From NCBI RefSeq assembly GCF_000485595.1, contig NW_014577070.1, positions 600,630 through 644,263 on the forward strand: a stretch of DNA of 43,634 nt. Direction: 5' to 3'. Made by a program: the position numbers and the translations under genes. Of the stretch, positions 1-11,191 are shown piece after piece; the stretch's first letter is position 1, and each line of letters begins with the position of its first letter. The notes beneath the pieces were generated by a model. The model was not told the origin of the DNA. It made no database searches and worked only from the letters and a program-made list of their open reading frames with translations. The stretch comes from Priapulus caudatus. Its lineage: Eukaryota.

Positions 1-330
1 AGTTACATGGTAATTCCATTTACATCAAACAAAAATCAGAGATCAACCCATTTCTAATTTAGCTTATCTGTGATCCTAACCCACGCTATGGATACGCGAC
101 TTCGTTGTAGCTCACATTGACATCGTCAAGACTAGACGCGCTATCTGCATGGGGCTCCGCTCGTCCCGTTCGTCGGTCAACCATTTGGCTTACGCGTCAA
201 TGATATCTTGCAGAACCATTGATCCCCAACATTGCTACAAATTTCATACCATTTACTCCTATGCGGAGCAGATCTGAACGTCGCTACTTCGCAGCCACGC
301 CCACCTTTTTCGGCAAAAAATGGTAAATGA
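1..330 (+). repeat. Indel-rich copy of 1797-2105
   Basis: Colinear with 1797-2105 but with many single-base insertions and substitutions. Confidence 0.9.
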
Positions 331-344
331 TTCTCTCTCAGGGG

Positions 345-448
345 TGCCTGCGTGAGTGTGTGTGTGTGTGTGTGTGTGTGCGTGCGTGCGTGCATGCGTG
401 TGCGTGTATGTGTATATATACGTGTGTGCACATGTGCGAATGTGTGTG

Positions 449-480
<32 letters not shown>

Positions 481-1703
481 TGTGTGTGTATGTGTGTGTG
501 TGTGTGCGTGCGTGCACATTCATGTGCGAATGGGTGTGTGTATGTGCGTGCATGTGTATGTGCGTGCATGTGTGTGTGCGTGCGTGTGTGCATGTGCGCC
601 TGCATTCATGTGTGCTGTGTGCCACGTTCCACGTGGTAAGGTTGCTATGTACAGTCTCTCTCCAGAACTCGCAATTTCCGAAGAAAGGAAGAAAGGAACG
701 ACAGATCTATTATAACATTCTTGTTAAGACATATAGGCACGTGCGAAAACTACAGTATTATAATACGTACCATCAATTATAATACTGGAGCGAAGCTGAT
801 TAGGGATAAAGGCTGAGGTTGTGGATGCACACGAGTTGAGTGATTTTCATGATGCTTGCATACCAAGCCTCTACTTACCATACATTGATACTGTTAGAGA
901 TTTTACAGAGTATAAAATGCAGCCCGAGTGTGAATCGAATGGGTTAAAGAACAAGTTGTGTTTTTTGGTGGTCTTCATGTTTTAATTCATGAAATGAAGA
1001 GCCATGCAGTGATAGTGTCAGCAGATCAGTGTAACATTAACTCACTGACGCATCATTTGCTGTGCCTTTATTCATACTCACAGGAATTTTCTGATATGAT
1101 CAGATATGATGTAGCCTGCAGGTAGGAAAGTGGTAGTTAGTGTAGCCGTTGGTGGAATCTGTGTTGCTGTGAAACGTACCTTCCAAAGTTACGATCAAAT
1201 CAAACTGAATTAAAATAGATAATGAATGCCAACCTAGTTTTAATTTAACTGTGGCACAAATAGGCAGAATCATCGTGTTAGTTGCTTTAGGTTATACTCA
1301 ATCTGATATTAAGATATTTGCAGATATATAGTACATAAATGTGATAGAAAACATAGATTATTAAAAAAAACGTTTTTTTGACGACACAGATTGGTGTCGA
1401 TTCTACAATCAGCATTGGATGTTTTCGAGTAAACAAATAGTAAAGTGTAAAATTAGTATTAGGTATGTCTGTCAGTTGTCTGCGCGTATTTGCCGCATTT
1501 CCCACGTCTGCACACAGAGTGTAATTGCAGACCACCGAGTGACAATGCAAACACACCGTTTCTCCCTGACATTTTACGGTGTATATATCACATTGTTGTG
1601 TAGTAATTGGAACCAGTTTTCACGTACAGTTGGGCCAAACCTTTCAGTGTTCATTTTTTTATTAGCAAAAATTCAAGCTGGCGGGTACTTGTATACATGT
1701 ACA
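345..1703 (+). repeat. Direct duplicate of 8120-9436 (intron sequence)
   Basis: Near-identical over about 1.35 kb, with small indels and one ~60-bp indel at 1371-1440. Confidence 0.95.
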
Positions 1704-1894
1704 CCCCTATTACTAGTATTAGTATTATTCGTTATCTTTCCCTGATAACTAAATCTTAATAACGTTTTAGTGCAACCATGTGAATACACCCAGAGATTAA
1801 TGGCTAATTCGCATTTACATCAAACAAAAATCAGAGAAACCCATTTTAATTTAGCTTATCTGTGATCTACTCCACGATGGCTTATACGGATTCG

Positions 1895-2816
1895 TTTTTA
1901 GCTCACATTGACATCGTCAAGATGAGCTATTGCCATGGGGCGTCGTCCGTCCGTTCGTCGGTCAACATTTGGCTACGGTCAATGATATCTTGAGAACCAT
2001 TTGACCCACATGTATCAAATTTCATACAGTTGTTACTCCTATGGGAGAGATTTGAACGTCCTACTTTCGAGCCACGCCCACTTTTTGGCAAAAATGGAAA
2101 TGGCCATAAGTGACACTGACAGTCAGTTCAGGTTCAACGGATTTTGCTCATTTTTGGTATGTGAATGAATAAGGACTGGCCCCAAAACACATCCTACGGG
2201 TTTTTATATTTAAAAAAAAATTATGCAAATTAGGTAGATTTTGGCAATTTCACTATGCATTTCAGTGTCTGCCTATGGTCAACGATAACTCAAGAACCGT
2301 TTGACCCACATGTTTCAAATTGCATACAGTTGTTACTCCTATGGGAGAGATTCAAACGTCCGATTTTGGAGCACGCCAGTCGACCTACTTTTGAGCCACT
2401 CCCACTTTTTAGCAAAAATGAAAATGGCCAGTACCTACCTACCTACCTACCTACCTACCTACCTAATCATACCTACGTGTAATATTGTGTTTTAGATTCT
2501 TTGTTACAGTAATTTGACTGTAATATTTTATTGCTTTTATTTGTGCGATAATCAAAAACCAAAATGGCGATCATTTAGGCGTAGCACCATCTCTCGCCCA
2601 GATTTCAGACTTTCAGATCTGAAACATTTATTTTCGCATCAAAACTAACCCTGAAACAAAACAGTGAATTTTCTATTAGTATACAACAGGGAATAAGGAC
2701 ATTTGATCACATTTCGGTCCATCATAAATGAAACACTTAATATTGCCAAATTTTAAATATCATCTCCCTCTTCTATCACACCCAAGGTGAGCTATAGTGT
2801 CATTGACACTTTCATT
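1895..2816 (+). mobile_element. Non-autonomous Helentron/DINE-1-like element, family A
   Basis: 5' tttttagctcac..tgagcta inverted repeat, (GTCC)n tract, internal duplicated block, 3' subTIR ggtgagcta and hairpin agtgtca-t-tgacact; second copy at 5733. Confidence 0.75.
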
Positions 2817-5732
2817 TATGGCAGTAGCCAGAGAGTATATAAGTGATACTACTACTACTACATTACTAGTACTACATATGTTATTAGATGTTTAGTAATA
2901 ATAATGTCAGAGTCCTGACAGTGTTTCACATGTGAGCTGGCATATGCACCATCTACTGGGAATGCAAATGTATGCAGTTCAGTGGAAATGCAGGTATGAA
3001 CTTGCAAACAACTTTTATGCTGCTGCACATACGAATTTGTTTACTATATTACTTCGTAAAAAGTAATGTATTTCTTCACAACCCGCTACACATTTCTCAT
3101 TCTCTACGGTGTGCGCATGAGACGGCGGTACTGTGGATTGTGGAACATGTACCACTATTGCCACGGTTGCACTTGAGTGACTTCAGGAAGTTGTTTTGGC
3201 ATATGGCGTTTGCAAGACGTGGTCTGCTTATCGGCACAGTGTGTGCTCTATTGCCCGCTCACTTGAGTTGTTCTTGTGCTGTGAAAGGTACACTTTCAGG
3301 TCTATATAGCCCTTTACCCATTTTTGTGGTTTAAGCGGTAAAGTGTATAGTGACCTACCTCTAGTGAGAATATACAGTGCACTATGTAAAGTGTATGATT
3401 GTTTTGTGCTCATTTTTGTCTGCCTACATGCAGATGGCTTGGATAACTTGAAAATTGTAGGTATTGGTAGGAAATGAAACGCCATGCATAGCTATTGAGT
3501 AAACCCATTAGGTCTGCATTGTTGTTACAGTGATGCTGTGTTACTTACCAGAGTGTGAATGAGCAGTGACAGCTAAATTCTCAATTTATATGTGTAGCAG
3601 TGTGAACATGAGAGATAAACATTGGTATGCATGCCAAGATGCAAACAGTAGCATCTGAACTACGATGTGTGTTTACGTGAAGAAAGTAAATAAGTTTCAA
3701 GCTGCTGCAAACATCACTTGAAACTATGAGGTGACAGAGGTAGTTGTGGATGAGTTTGTTTATCCTTGCAGCTGCGATTTCTTTGCAGACGTGTCGCTAG
3801 AAGATTACCAAGGATTACATATCTTGCGTTTTACTGATAAGCGTAGTGCAAAAACAAAGATGCAGTGGCATAATGATGAATTTATGCAGATCTATAGCCG
3901 TTTGCTATTTTATTATGATGAGTGTGAATATCTCTAGACAGAAGTTGAGGTTGTGGCCACAGTGTTTACTGAACTGGAAATCTTTGTATCTTGATATACA
4001 GTACTTATAGGGTATGGATTGATCTCTGCACTAGTATGCATAATTCCTAGGAATTGCATGCTGGTTTAAAGTTCGTGTGGATACATCGTGATAAGTACGT
4101 TTAATGTATCAATAACATCACAGTCAGATTTATATCGTAGTAAATGTAATTGTTAGGATGGGCGTAGCGTTGCATTTCGAGTGCCTTTATGGTATGTAGT
4201 ATGTACCTACAAATTATGTAACGTTTGCCACGTTGTAAGGTATATTTGTAACGTAGACAGTGAACAAGTATAGCTCCCTCAACACGTTGGTTAAAAGGTA
4301 GCTCTTGCGTTGATGTCATTCTATTTATATACATGCACACTGTCTCCACGTGTATGGGTAATCTGTTATTTTCGGTGGCTGATCTGCATTCTATTGTATT
4401 TGGCACTCTGGTGTACGTCGTCGGACAGTAGGGCAATAAAAGCATACATATGGCCATAGCCCTACAGTTACGCCGCTGGCCTAGTGGAATACACATTTAT
4501 CTGTCATCACGTGCACTGACTGCATACCTGTTCGTAGTAAAAGAGCGAGCAAGCAGTAGCTAGCACGCTCTGAGTATGAGTGCAGTGTAGTCTAGGATGG
4601 TAGCTTAGATTAGGAGAGTAGTAGTAGTCCTGCATGGTTCCCAAGGTCAGGGGGAGCATGCCCCCACATTCTTAGGGGCAAACAGAACCATGTCCCGCGT
4701 GTTTGTAAGCCCCAAGAGTAAGAATGCAAGTCGCAGTCAGCATCGTGTATCCCGAAGAGTCCAGATGTGACAGTCCATGTATGTAAACAGAATATTTTTA
4801 GAGTTCCTATCCTAGTTTGACCTGTTGCGGCTGCTTGAAAGAATATTTACATTTAGTCGGTTGAGTCATTTGCTGGTCCAGCGATAAGATTATATATGAA
4901 GTATATCAAAGTGTATCTTAGCTTAGAAGGTCTACGTTGTGTTTATTTCACGCACGTTTATAGAAAGCTGAATACAAATTTATTCCAAGAATATTGCAAG
5001 AATAAATTGCAAGGCAAAATGTTTGTGTTAAAGTGTACAATGTACATGTTTGGGCCTATCTAAGATCTAGCTAAACCTTGATATATGATGGCGAGTGTGG
5101 CACCGTGGTGGGCAGTCAGAACTATATAATATACTAGTTAGACTATATATTTCTATGTTGTCACTTGTCAGTGCTACATGCACAGTAGGAGCAGACAGCT
5201 ACAACTACGTGTAGATCAGGATACCTCTTTATGTTTGCACGCCGTAAACACGCTACGCTCACCACTGAGTTATGGTTCACTGATATCGACTTTGCCTTCG
5301 TTTGATCGCTACTGCGTGGGAGCTCGTGTGTAAACATGTGGGTAACAGTGGGGCCATGGTCGAATAATAATAGCCAGTGCTTCCTATAGTCTGTACTTAC
5401 ATGTACACCCGCTTGTTGTTAGCGTTAGGTATGCCGCGTGGTGGATACTTAATATGATGATATTGTAAGGATATGACAAAATTATCGTAGCTGCCCCAAA
5501 ACTGTTGGTAAAACTAAACTGCGCATGTAGGTCAAGGAGGTGTAGGGGATGGGTCAGCCATGTTTTCATACAGGTGTAACACGTAGCTTATAAGGTGTTA
5601 ACAGCTTTGTATGAAGGATCGAGATAATCCTGTTGTACACGAACATATAATTGAGCTCTTTCGTGGATTACAATAAAAAAAGATTAGTTGATGAGTCTTA
5701 TCTGTTTTTGCTACATGTATTTATGTGGCCAT

Positions 5733-6563
5733 TTATTAGCTCACCTTGACATCGTCAAGCTGAGCTATTGCCATGGGTCGTCGTCCGTCGTCCGTCCGTC
5801 CGTCTGTCCGTCCGTCCGTTCGTCCGTCCGTCCGGCCGTCAACATTTGGCTACGGTCAACGATAACTCAGGAACCGTTTGACCCACATGTTTGAAATTGG
5901 GTATATAGTTGTTACTGCTATGCTCCCATATTAAACATCCTATTTTGGAGCACGCCAGTCGACGTACTTTCGAGCCACGGCAATTTTTTGCCCAAAATGG
6001 AAATTGCCATTAGTCAGTTCAGGTTCAACGGATTTTGCTCATTTTTGGTATGTGAATGAATAAGAACTAGAAGTTTTGATATTAAAAAAAAAATTATGCA
6101 AATTAGGTAGGGTTTGGCAATTATATAGCATATTATATAGACACGCAGATAACAAACAGTCTGTGGTGTCACACTCGTCTGGTTCGTTTTACAAGATTTC
6201 ATTGACAATATCTTTAATGCAAAATTCCTGCTATGAACATATTATTATTATATTATTATTATTATGATATAATGATTTATGCTAAGAAACATCAAAGCGT
6301 GTATATCGCCATCTACCATCACAATTTGTATTTATTTTTGTTTATAAATATTATATTTATATATAAATTAATTATTATTTTCACATAAAAATTACACATA
6401 GTTATCAGAGTATATAATGGGAGTTCTCCCATATATACTCTTCGTTTCTATAATGTACGTCGATGGTTTCTCAATTAAAACAAAACTGACTTCTTCTGAA
6501 GTTCTCACTCACTCATTTGTGTCCTTTTTTGTGGTGAGCTACAGTGTCATTGACACTTTCATT
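5733..6563 (+). mobile_element. Non-autonomous Helentron/DINE-1-like element, family A
   Basis: tagctcaccttgacatcgtcaagctgagcta hairpin, (GTCC)n, 3' ggtgagcta and agtgtcattgacact hairpin; homologous to 1895-2816. Confidence 0.78.
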
Positions 6564-6932
6564 ATTGTGTTCTTACTCAATGCGTACTGTAATAGATATA
6601 ATAAATAGAAATTCACTTTCTCAAATTAAGCTATCAGAATTATAAATTTTTCTGCTGCATTATTTTGCAATTCGATAACATGTGAGCTATATATCTGGCA
6701 TAGTGTTTGATATGATTTGATAAGATGGGTGTAATAAAGTATATCTAATCAAATGTTCATGTTTCTCTAAACTAGTAAGAGTTAGTAATTCATGATTATT
6801 TATTGCCTTGAATCTACATAGTTCTCCATGCACTCGCCTTAGTAGCATTTATGACTGGATATATATTAAATATTGTCTTGATCTGCTCAGCAACGTATCA
6901 AAATAAACATATATATTATATACATATACTTA

Positions 6933-7196
6933 GGCCAAAACAAAATATAGGTGTGGTTACGGTTTCCCGATCGACCCTATTTATTCCAGCGACCTAAACA
7001 TTTTATTGCAATTTTCTTTAAAGTAAAAAAAAAAAAAGTGAATTGGACAGTTTCCTGCTTCAAAAGGCAAACGCACATTTCGGACCATGTCGAAATAAAA
7101 TATTTCAAAAAAATAAAATGTTTCCCTACCTACCTAGTAACTACCCTATTTTTTTCCGGCATGTAACGGTAACCACACATATGTTTTGTATTGGCC
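6933..7196. mobile_element. PIF/Harbinger-type MITE (264 bp)
   Basis: About 32-bp TIRs (ggccaaaacaaaatataggtgtggttac / gtaaccacacatatgttttgtattggcc, few mismatches) flanked by TTA on both sides. Confidence 0.8.
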
Positions 7197-7280
7197 TTAG
7201 CAGATACAGACAACAATAACGATAACAAGTGCTCAACATGTTTGCGTTGTTTTTGCTAATAATGTTTTGATTTCTTATAG

Positions 7281-7997
7281 GATGGATGATATAGAAGTAA
7301 TGTGATTCCACATAATTTTACGTACTGGAAACAATGGCCTGAGATGAGTGCGAGAGAGGAGCCAGTTTACCGCAGTGTTAGCGGCAACAGAAGGAAAGGC
7401 CAAAGTATGCAGAGACAGGAGCCAAACGCACGGTCTCCACAGAGAATTCAACCCATCCTATATCAGAACGTTGAATACGTGAGTTCCATCGATCGCAGCG
7501 AGATGGTCGCCCAGCGTGGAACACTCTCTACAGGCGGTGGAGCGCCCCCTACACTCGCCGGAGCGCCCCCTACACTCGGCGGAGCGCCCCCTACACTCGG
7601 CGGAGCGCCCGTTACACTCGGCGGAGCGCCCCCTACACTCGGCGGAGCGCCCCCTACAGGCGCATGACTATCGGCAGCCCTCCTACGGCGCTAGCCGGGA
7701 TTCGACCGGTCGCCCGCGCATGTGCAGCAGGAGGGAGGCGACGGTGACCGGCTCGGCACGCCCCGTCACGCGCGGGCGTCCCCTCACCCCCGTCCGCGGG
7801 GGCGCCGCGGCGGGGCGGCCGTGCGTCCCTGCGGTAGACGAGGGCAGCGCATGCGGGCGAAGTGCGCCGACACGTGGTGCCGGAGGATCCGACCACGCCA
7901 GGTGGCGTACGAGTACTACACGGTGTCGAGTAGGAGCACGTCGGCGACGAGTCAGCGCAGTGCACAGAGCGCCGCCAGCGAAGCCAGCCACAGAACG
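7281..7997 (+). CDS. Putative upstream exon of the SESTD1-like gene encoding a low-complexity N-terminal extension; frame-disrupted in this assembly
   Basis: Acceptor tttcttatag at 7271-7280, ATG at 7344 (MSAREEPVYRS...), GC-rich coding-like sequence, and donor ACG|gtgagt at 7997/7998. The last frame (..QVAYEYYTVSSRSTSATSQRSAQSAASEASHRT) is phase 0 and joins PMYADS.. if the AG at 11132-11133 is used. At least two frame changes are needed inside the exon. Confidence 0.5.
7540..7656 (+). repeat. 21-bp coding minisatellite (ERPLHSA, about 5.5 copies)
   Basis: gagcgccccctacactcggcg repeated in tandem. Confidence 0.95.
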
Positions 7998-8074
7998 GTG
8001 AGTCATGCACGCGTCACGGGGCGAGGGTGTAGTGTGGGCGTCCGGCGTGCACGCCGCACATACATGCATTTGTA

Positions 8075-8089
8075 GGTGTGCGTGTGGTG

Positions 8090-8123
<34 letters not shown>

Positions 8124-8166
8124 CTGCGTGAGTGTGTGTGTGCGTGTGTGTGCGTGCGTGCGTTCG

Positions 8167-8198
<32 letters not shown>

Positions 8199-8246
8199 TC
8201 TGTTGCGTGTATGTGTATATATACGTTGTGCACATGTGCGAATGTG

Positions 8247-8278
<32 letters not shown>

Positions 8279-8410
8279 TGCGTGCGTGTGTGTGTATGTT
8301 TGTGTGTGTGTTGTGTGCGTGCGTGCACATTCATGTGCGAATGGTGTGTGTATGTGCGTGCATGTGTATGTGCGTGCATGTGTGTGTGCGTGCGTGTGTG
8401 CATGTGCGCC
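8075..8410. repeat. (GT)n/(GCGT)n compound microsatellite (copy at 345-600)
   Basis: Seen directly. Confidence 0.95.
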
Positions 8411-9505
8411 TGCATTCATGTGTGCTGTACGTGTGCCACGTTCCACGTGGTAAGGTTGCTATGTACAGTCTCTCTCCAGAACTCGCAATTTCCAAGAAAG
8501 AAGAAAGGAACGACAGATCTATTATAACATTCTTGTTAAGACATAGGCACGTGCGAAAACCACAGTATTATAATACGTACCATCAATTATAATACTGGAG
8601 CGAAGCTGATTAGGGATAAAGGCTGAGTTGTGGATGCACACGAGTTGAGTGATTTTCATGATGCTTGCATACCAAGGACTACTTAAGTTACCATACATTG
8701 ATACTGTTAGAGATTTTACAGCCCGAGTGTGAATCGAATGGGTTAAAGAACAAGTTGTGTTTTTTGGTGGTCTTCATGTTTTAATTCATGAAATGAAGAG
8801 CATGCATGATAGTGTCAGCAGATCAGTGTAACATTAACTCACTGACGCATCATTTGCTGTGCTTTATTCATACTCACAGAATTTACTGATATGATCAGAT
8901 ATGATGTAGCCTGCAGGTAGGAAAGTGGATAGTTAGTGTAGCCGTTGGTGGAATCTGTGTTGCTGTGAAACGTACCTTCCAAAGTTACGATCAAATCAAA
9001 CTGAATTAAAGACTAAAGTAGATAATGAATGCCAACCTAGTTTTAATTTAACTGTGGCCACAAATAGGCAAATCATCGTGTGAGTTGCTTTAGGTTATAC
9101 TCAATCTGATATTAAGATATTTGCAGATATATAGTACATAAATGTGATAGAAAACATAGATTATTAAAAAAAATTATTAGTGTAAAATTAGTATTAGGTA
9201 TGTCTGTCAGTTGTCTGCGCGTATTTGCCGCATTTCCCACGTCTGCACACAGAGTGTAATTGCAGACCACCGAGTGACAATGCAAACACACCGGTTTCTC
9301 CCTGACATTTTACGGTGTATATATCACATTGTTGTGGTAATTGGAACCAGTTTTCACGTACAGTTGGGCAAACCTTTCAGTGTTCATTTTTTTATTAGCA
9401 AAAATTCAAGCTGGCGGGTACTTGTATACATGTACATTGTTCAAGTCTAAATTATACACCGGTTAAGGTCTCCCGTCATTTTATGCAAGTATATATATAT
9501 ATATA

Positions 9506-11002
9506 GCCTCGTCTACACGACGACGCTTAACTTGAGTTAAGCGTCTACACGGGGCCTTACCACGCACGCACGCACGAACGCACGCACACACGCACACACG
9601 TGTACCTGCACACGCACGCACGCACGCACGAACGTGTCCTGCACACGCGCGCACGCACGCACGCACGCACGTGTACGTGCACACACACGACGCACGCACG
9701 CATGCACGCACGTGTAATGTCACACGCACGCACGCACGTACGTGTACGTACACACGCACGCACGCCACGCACGTCTACGTGCACATGCACACCGCGCACA
9801 CACACACGCACGCACGCACGTCTACGTGCACATGCACACGCGCGCACACACGCACGCACGCACGCACGTGTACGTGCACACACACGGACGCACGCACGCA
9901 CGCATGCACGCACGCGTACGTGCGCACGCACGAACGTGTACCGGCACACGCGCGCACGCACGTGTACGTGCACATGCACGCAGGCACGCATGCACGCACG
10001 TGTACGTGCACACGCACGCAGGCACGCATGCACGCACGTGTACGTGCACACGCACGCAGGCACGCATGCACGCACGTGTACCTGCCACACGCCGCGCACG
10101 CACGCACGCACGCACGTGTACGTGCACACACACACGGACGCACGCACGCATGCACGCACGTGTAAGTTCACACGCACGCACGCACGTACGTGTACGTACA
10201 CACGCACGCACGCACGCACGCACGCACGCACGTCTACGTGCACATGCACACACGCGCGCACACACGCACGTCTACGTGCACACGCACGTACGCACGCACG
10301 CACGCACGTATACGTGCACACACACGCACGCACGTATACGTGCACACGCACGCACGCACGTATACGTGCACACGCACGCACCACGTATACGTGCACACGC
10401 ATGCACACACGTGTACGTGCACACACGCACGCACGTGTACGTGCACACACACGGACGCACGCATGCACGCACGCACGTGTACGTGCACACGCACGCACTC
10501 ACGCATGCACGCACGCACGAACGTGTACCGGCACACGCCGCGCACGCACGTGTACGTGGCACAACGCACGCACACACGCGCACGTGTACGTGCCCACTCA
10601 TGCACGCACGTGTACGTGCACACGCACGCATGCACGCACGTGTACGTGCGCACGCACGCACGTCTACGTGCACATGCACACGCGCGCACACACGCACGCA
10701 CGTGTACGTGCACATACACGGACGCACGCATGCACGCACGCACGTGTACGTGCACACGCACGCACTCACGCATGCACGCACGCACACACGCACGCACGTT
10801 TATACAACGCGCAATACATACGCGATTACGCACGCATGCATAATAAATCGGTAATAATCGCTATCGGGTGTTGTCGTGTAGACGCTACATAATCGCTAAC
10901 TCGAGTTAGCTTAACTCGAGTTGAGGTTCGTCGTGTAGACGCTACATAATCGCTAACTCGAGTTAGCTTAACTCGAGTTAAGCGTCGTCGTGTAGACGAG
11001 GC
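9506..11002. mobile_element. TIR element (MITE) filled with a cryptic (GCAC)n/GTAC microsatellite
   Basis: TIRs gcctcgtctacacgacgacgcttaacttgagttaagc / gcttaactcgagttaagcgtcgtcgtgtagacgaggc (1 mismatch in 37), TA(TA) flanks, 57-bp subterminal duplication at 10874/10931. Confidence 0.85.
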
Positions 11003-11136
11003 TATACATTTATGATATACGAATGTACGAATCTGTGTGAGTACTGAGTAGTGGTATTACGCACGTGCAGTGATTGCCATCTAGAATATTTTTCGTTCTA
11101 GTTATATAGCCTGTTTACTGTATTGCAGGTCAGCCG

Positions 11137-11191
11137 ATGTATGCAGATTCTATCATAGAAGTGTTGAAGAAGAACTACGTCTACCTGTCAG
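11137..11191 (+). CDS. SESTD1: SESTD1-like exon, SEC14 start (MYADSIIEVLKKNYVYLS-G)
   Basis: Acceptors tattgcag (11128) or gtcag (11133), donor G|gtaaaa, phase 1; matches the SESTD1/Trio LK..xxLSGG motif. Confidence 0.85.

Noticed and set aside
328..342. attctctctca at the A'/B junction resembling a sequencing adapter end
   Set aside because: Too short and low-complexity to distinguish from genomic CT repeats.
177..10892. Long ORFs rich in HTHARTHA / CVCVRACV (177-782, 8003-8592, 9481-10892)
   Set aside because: Translations of (GT)n/(GCAC)n microsatellites that lack stop codons in all frames; not genes.
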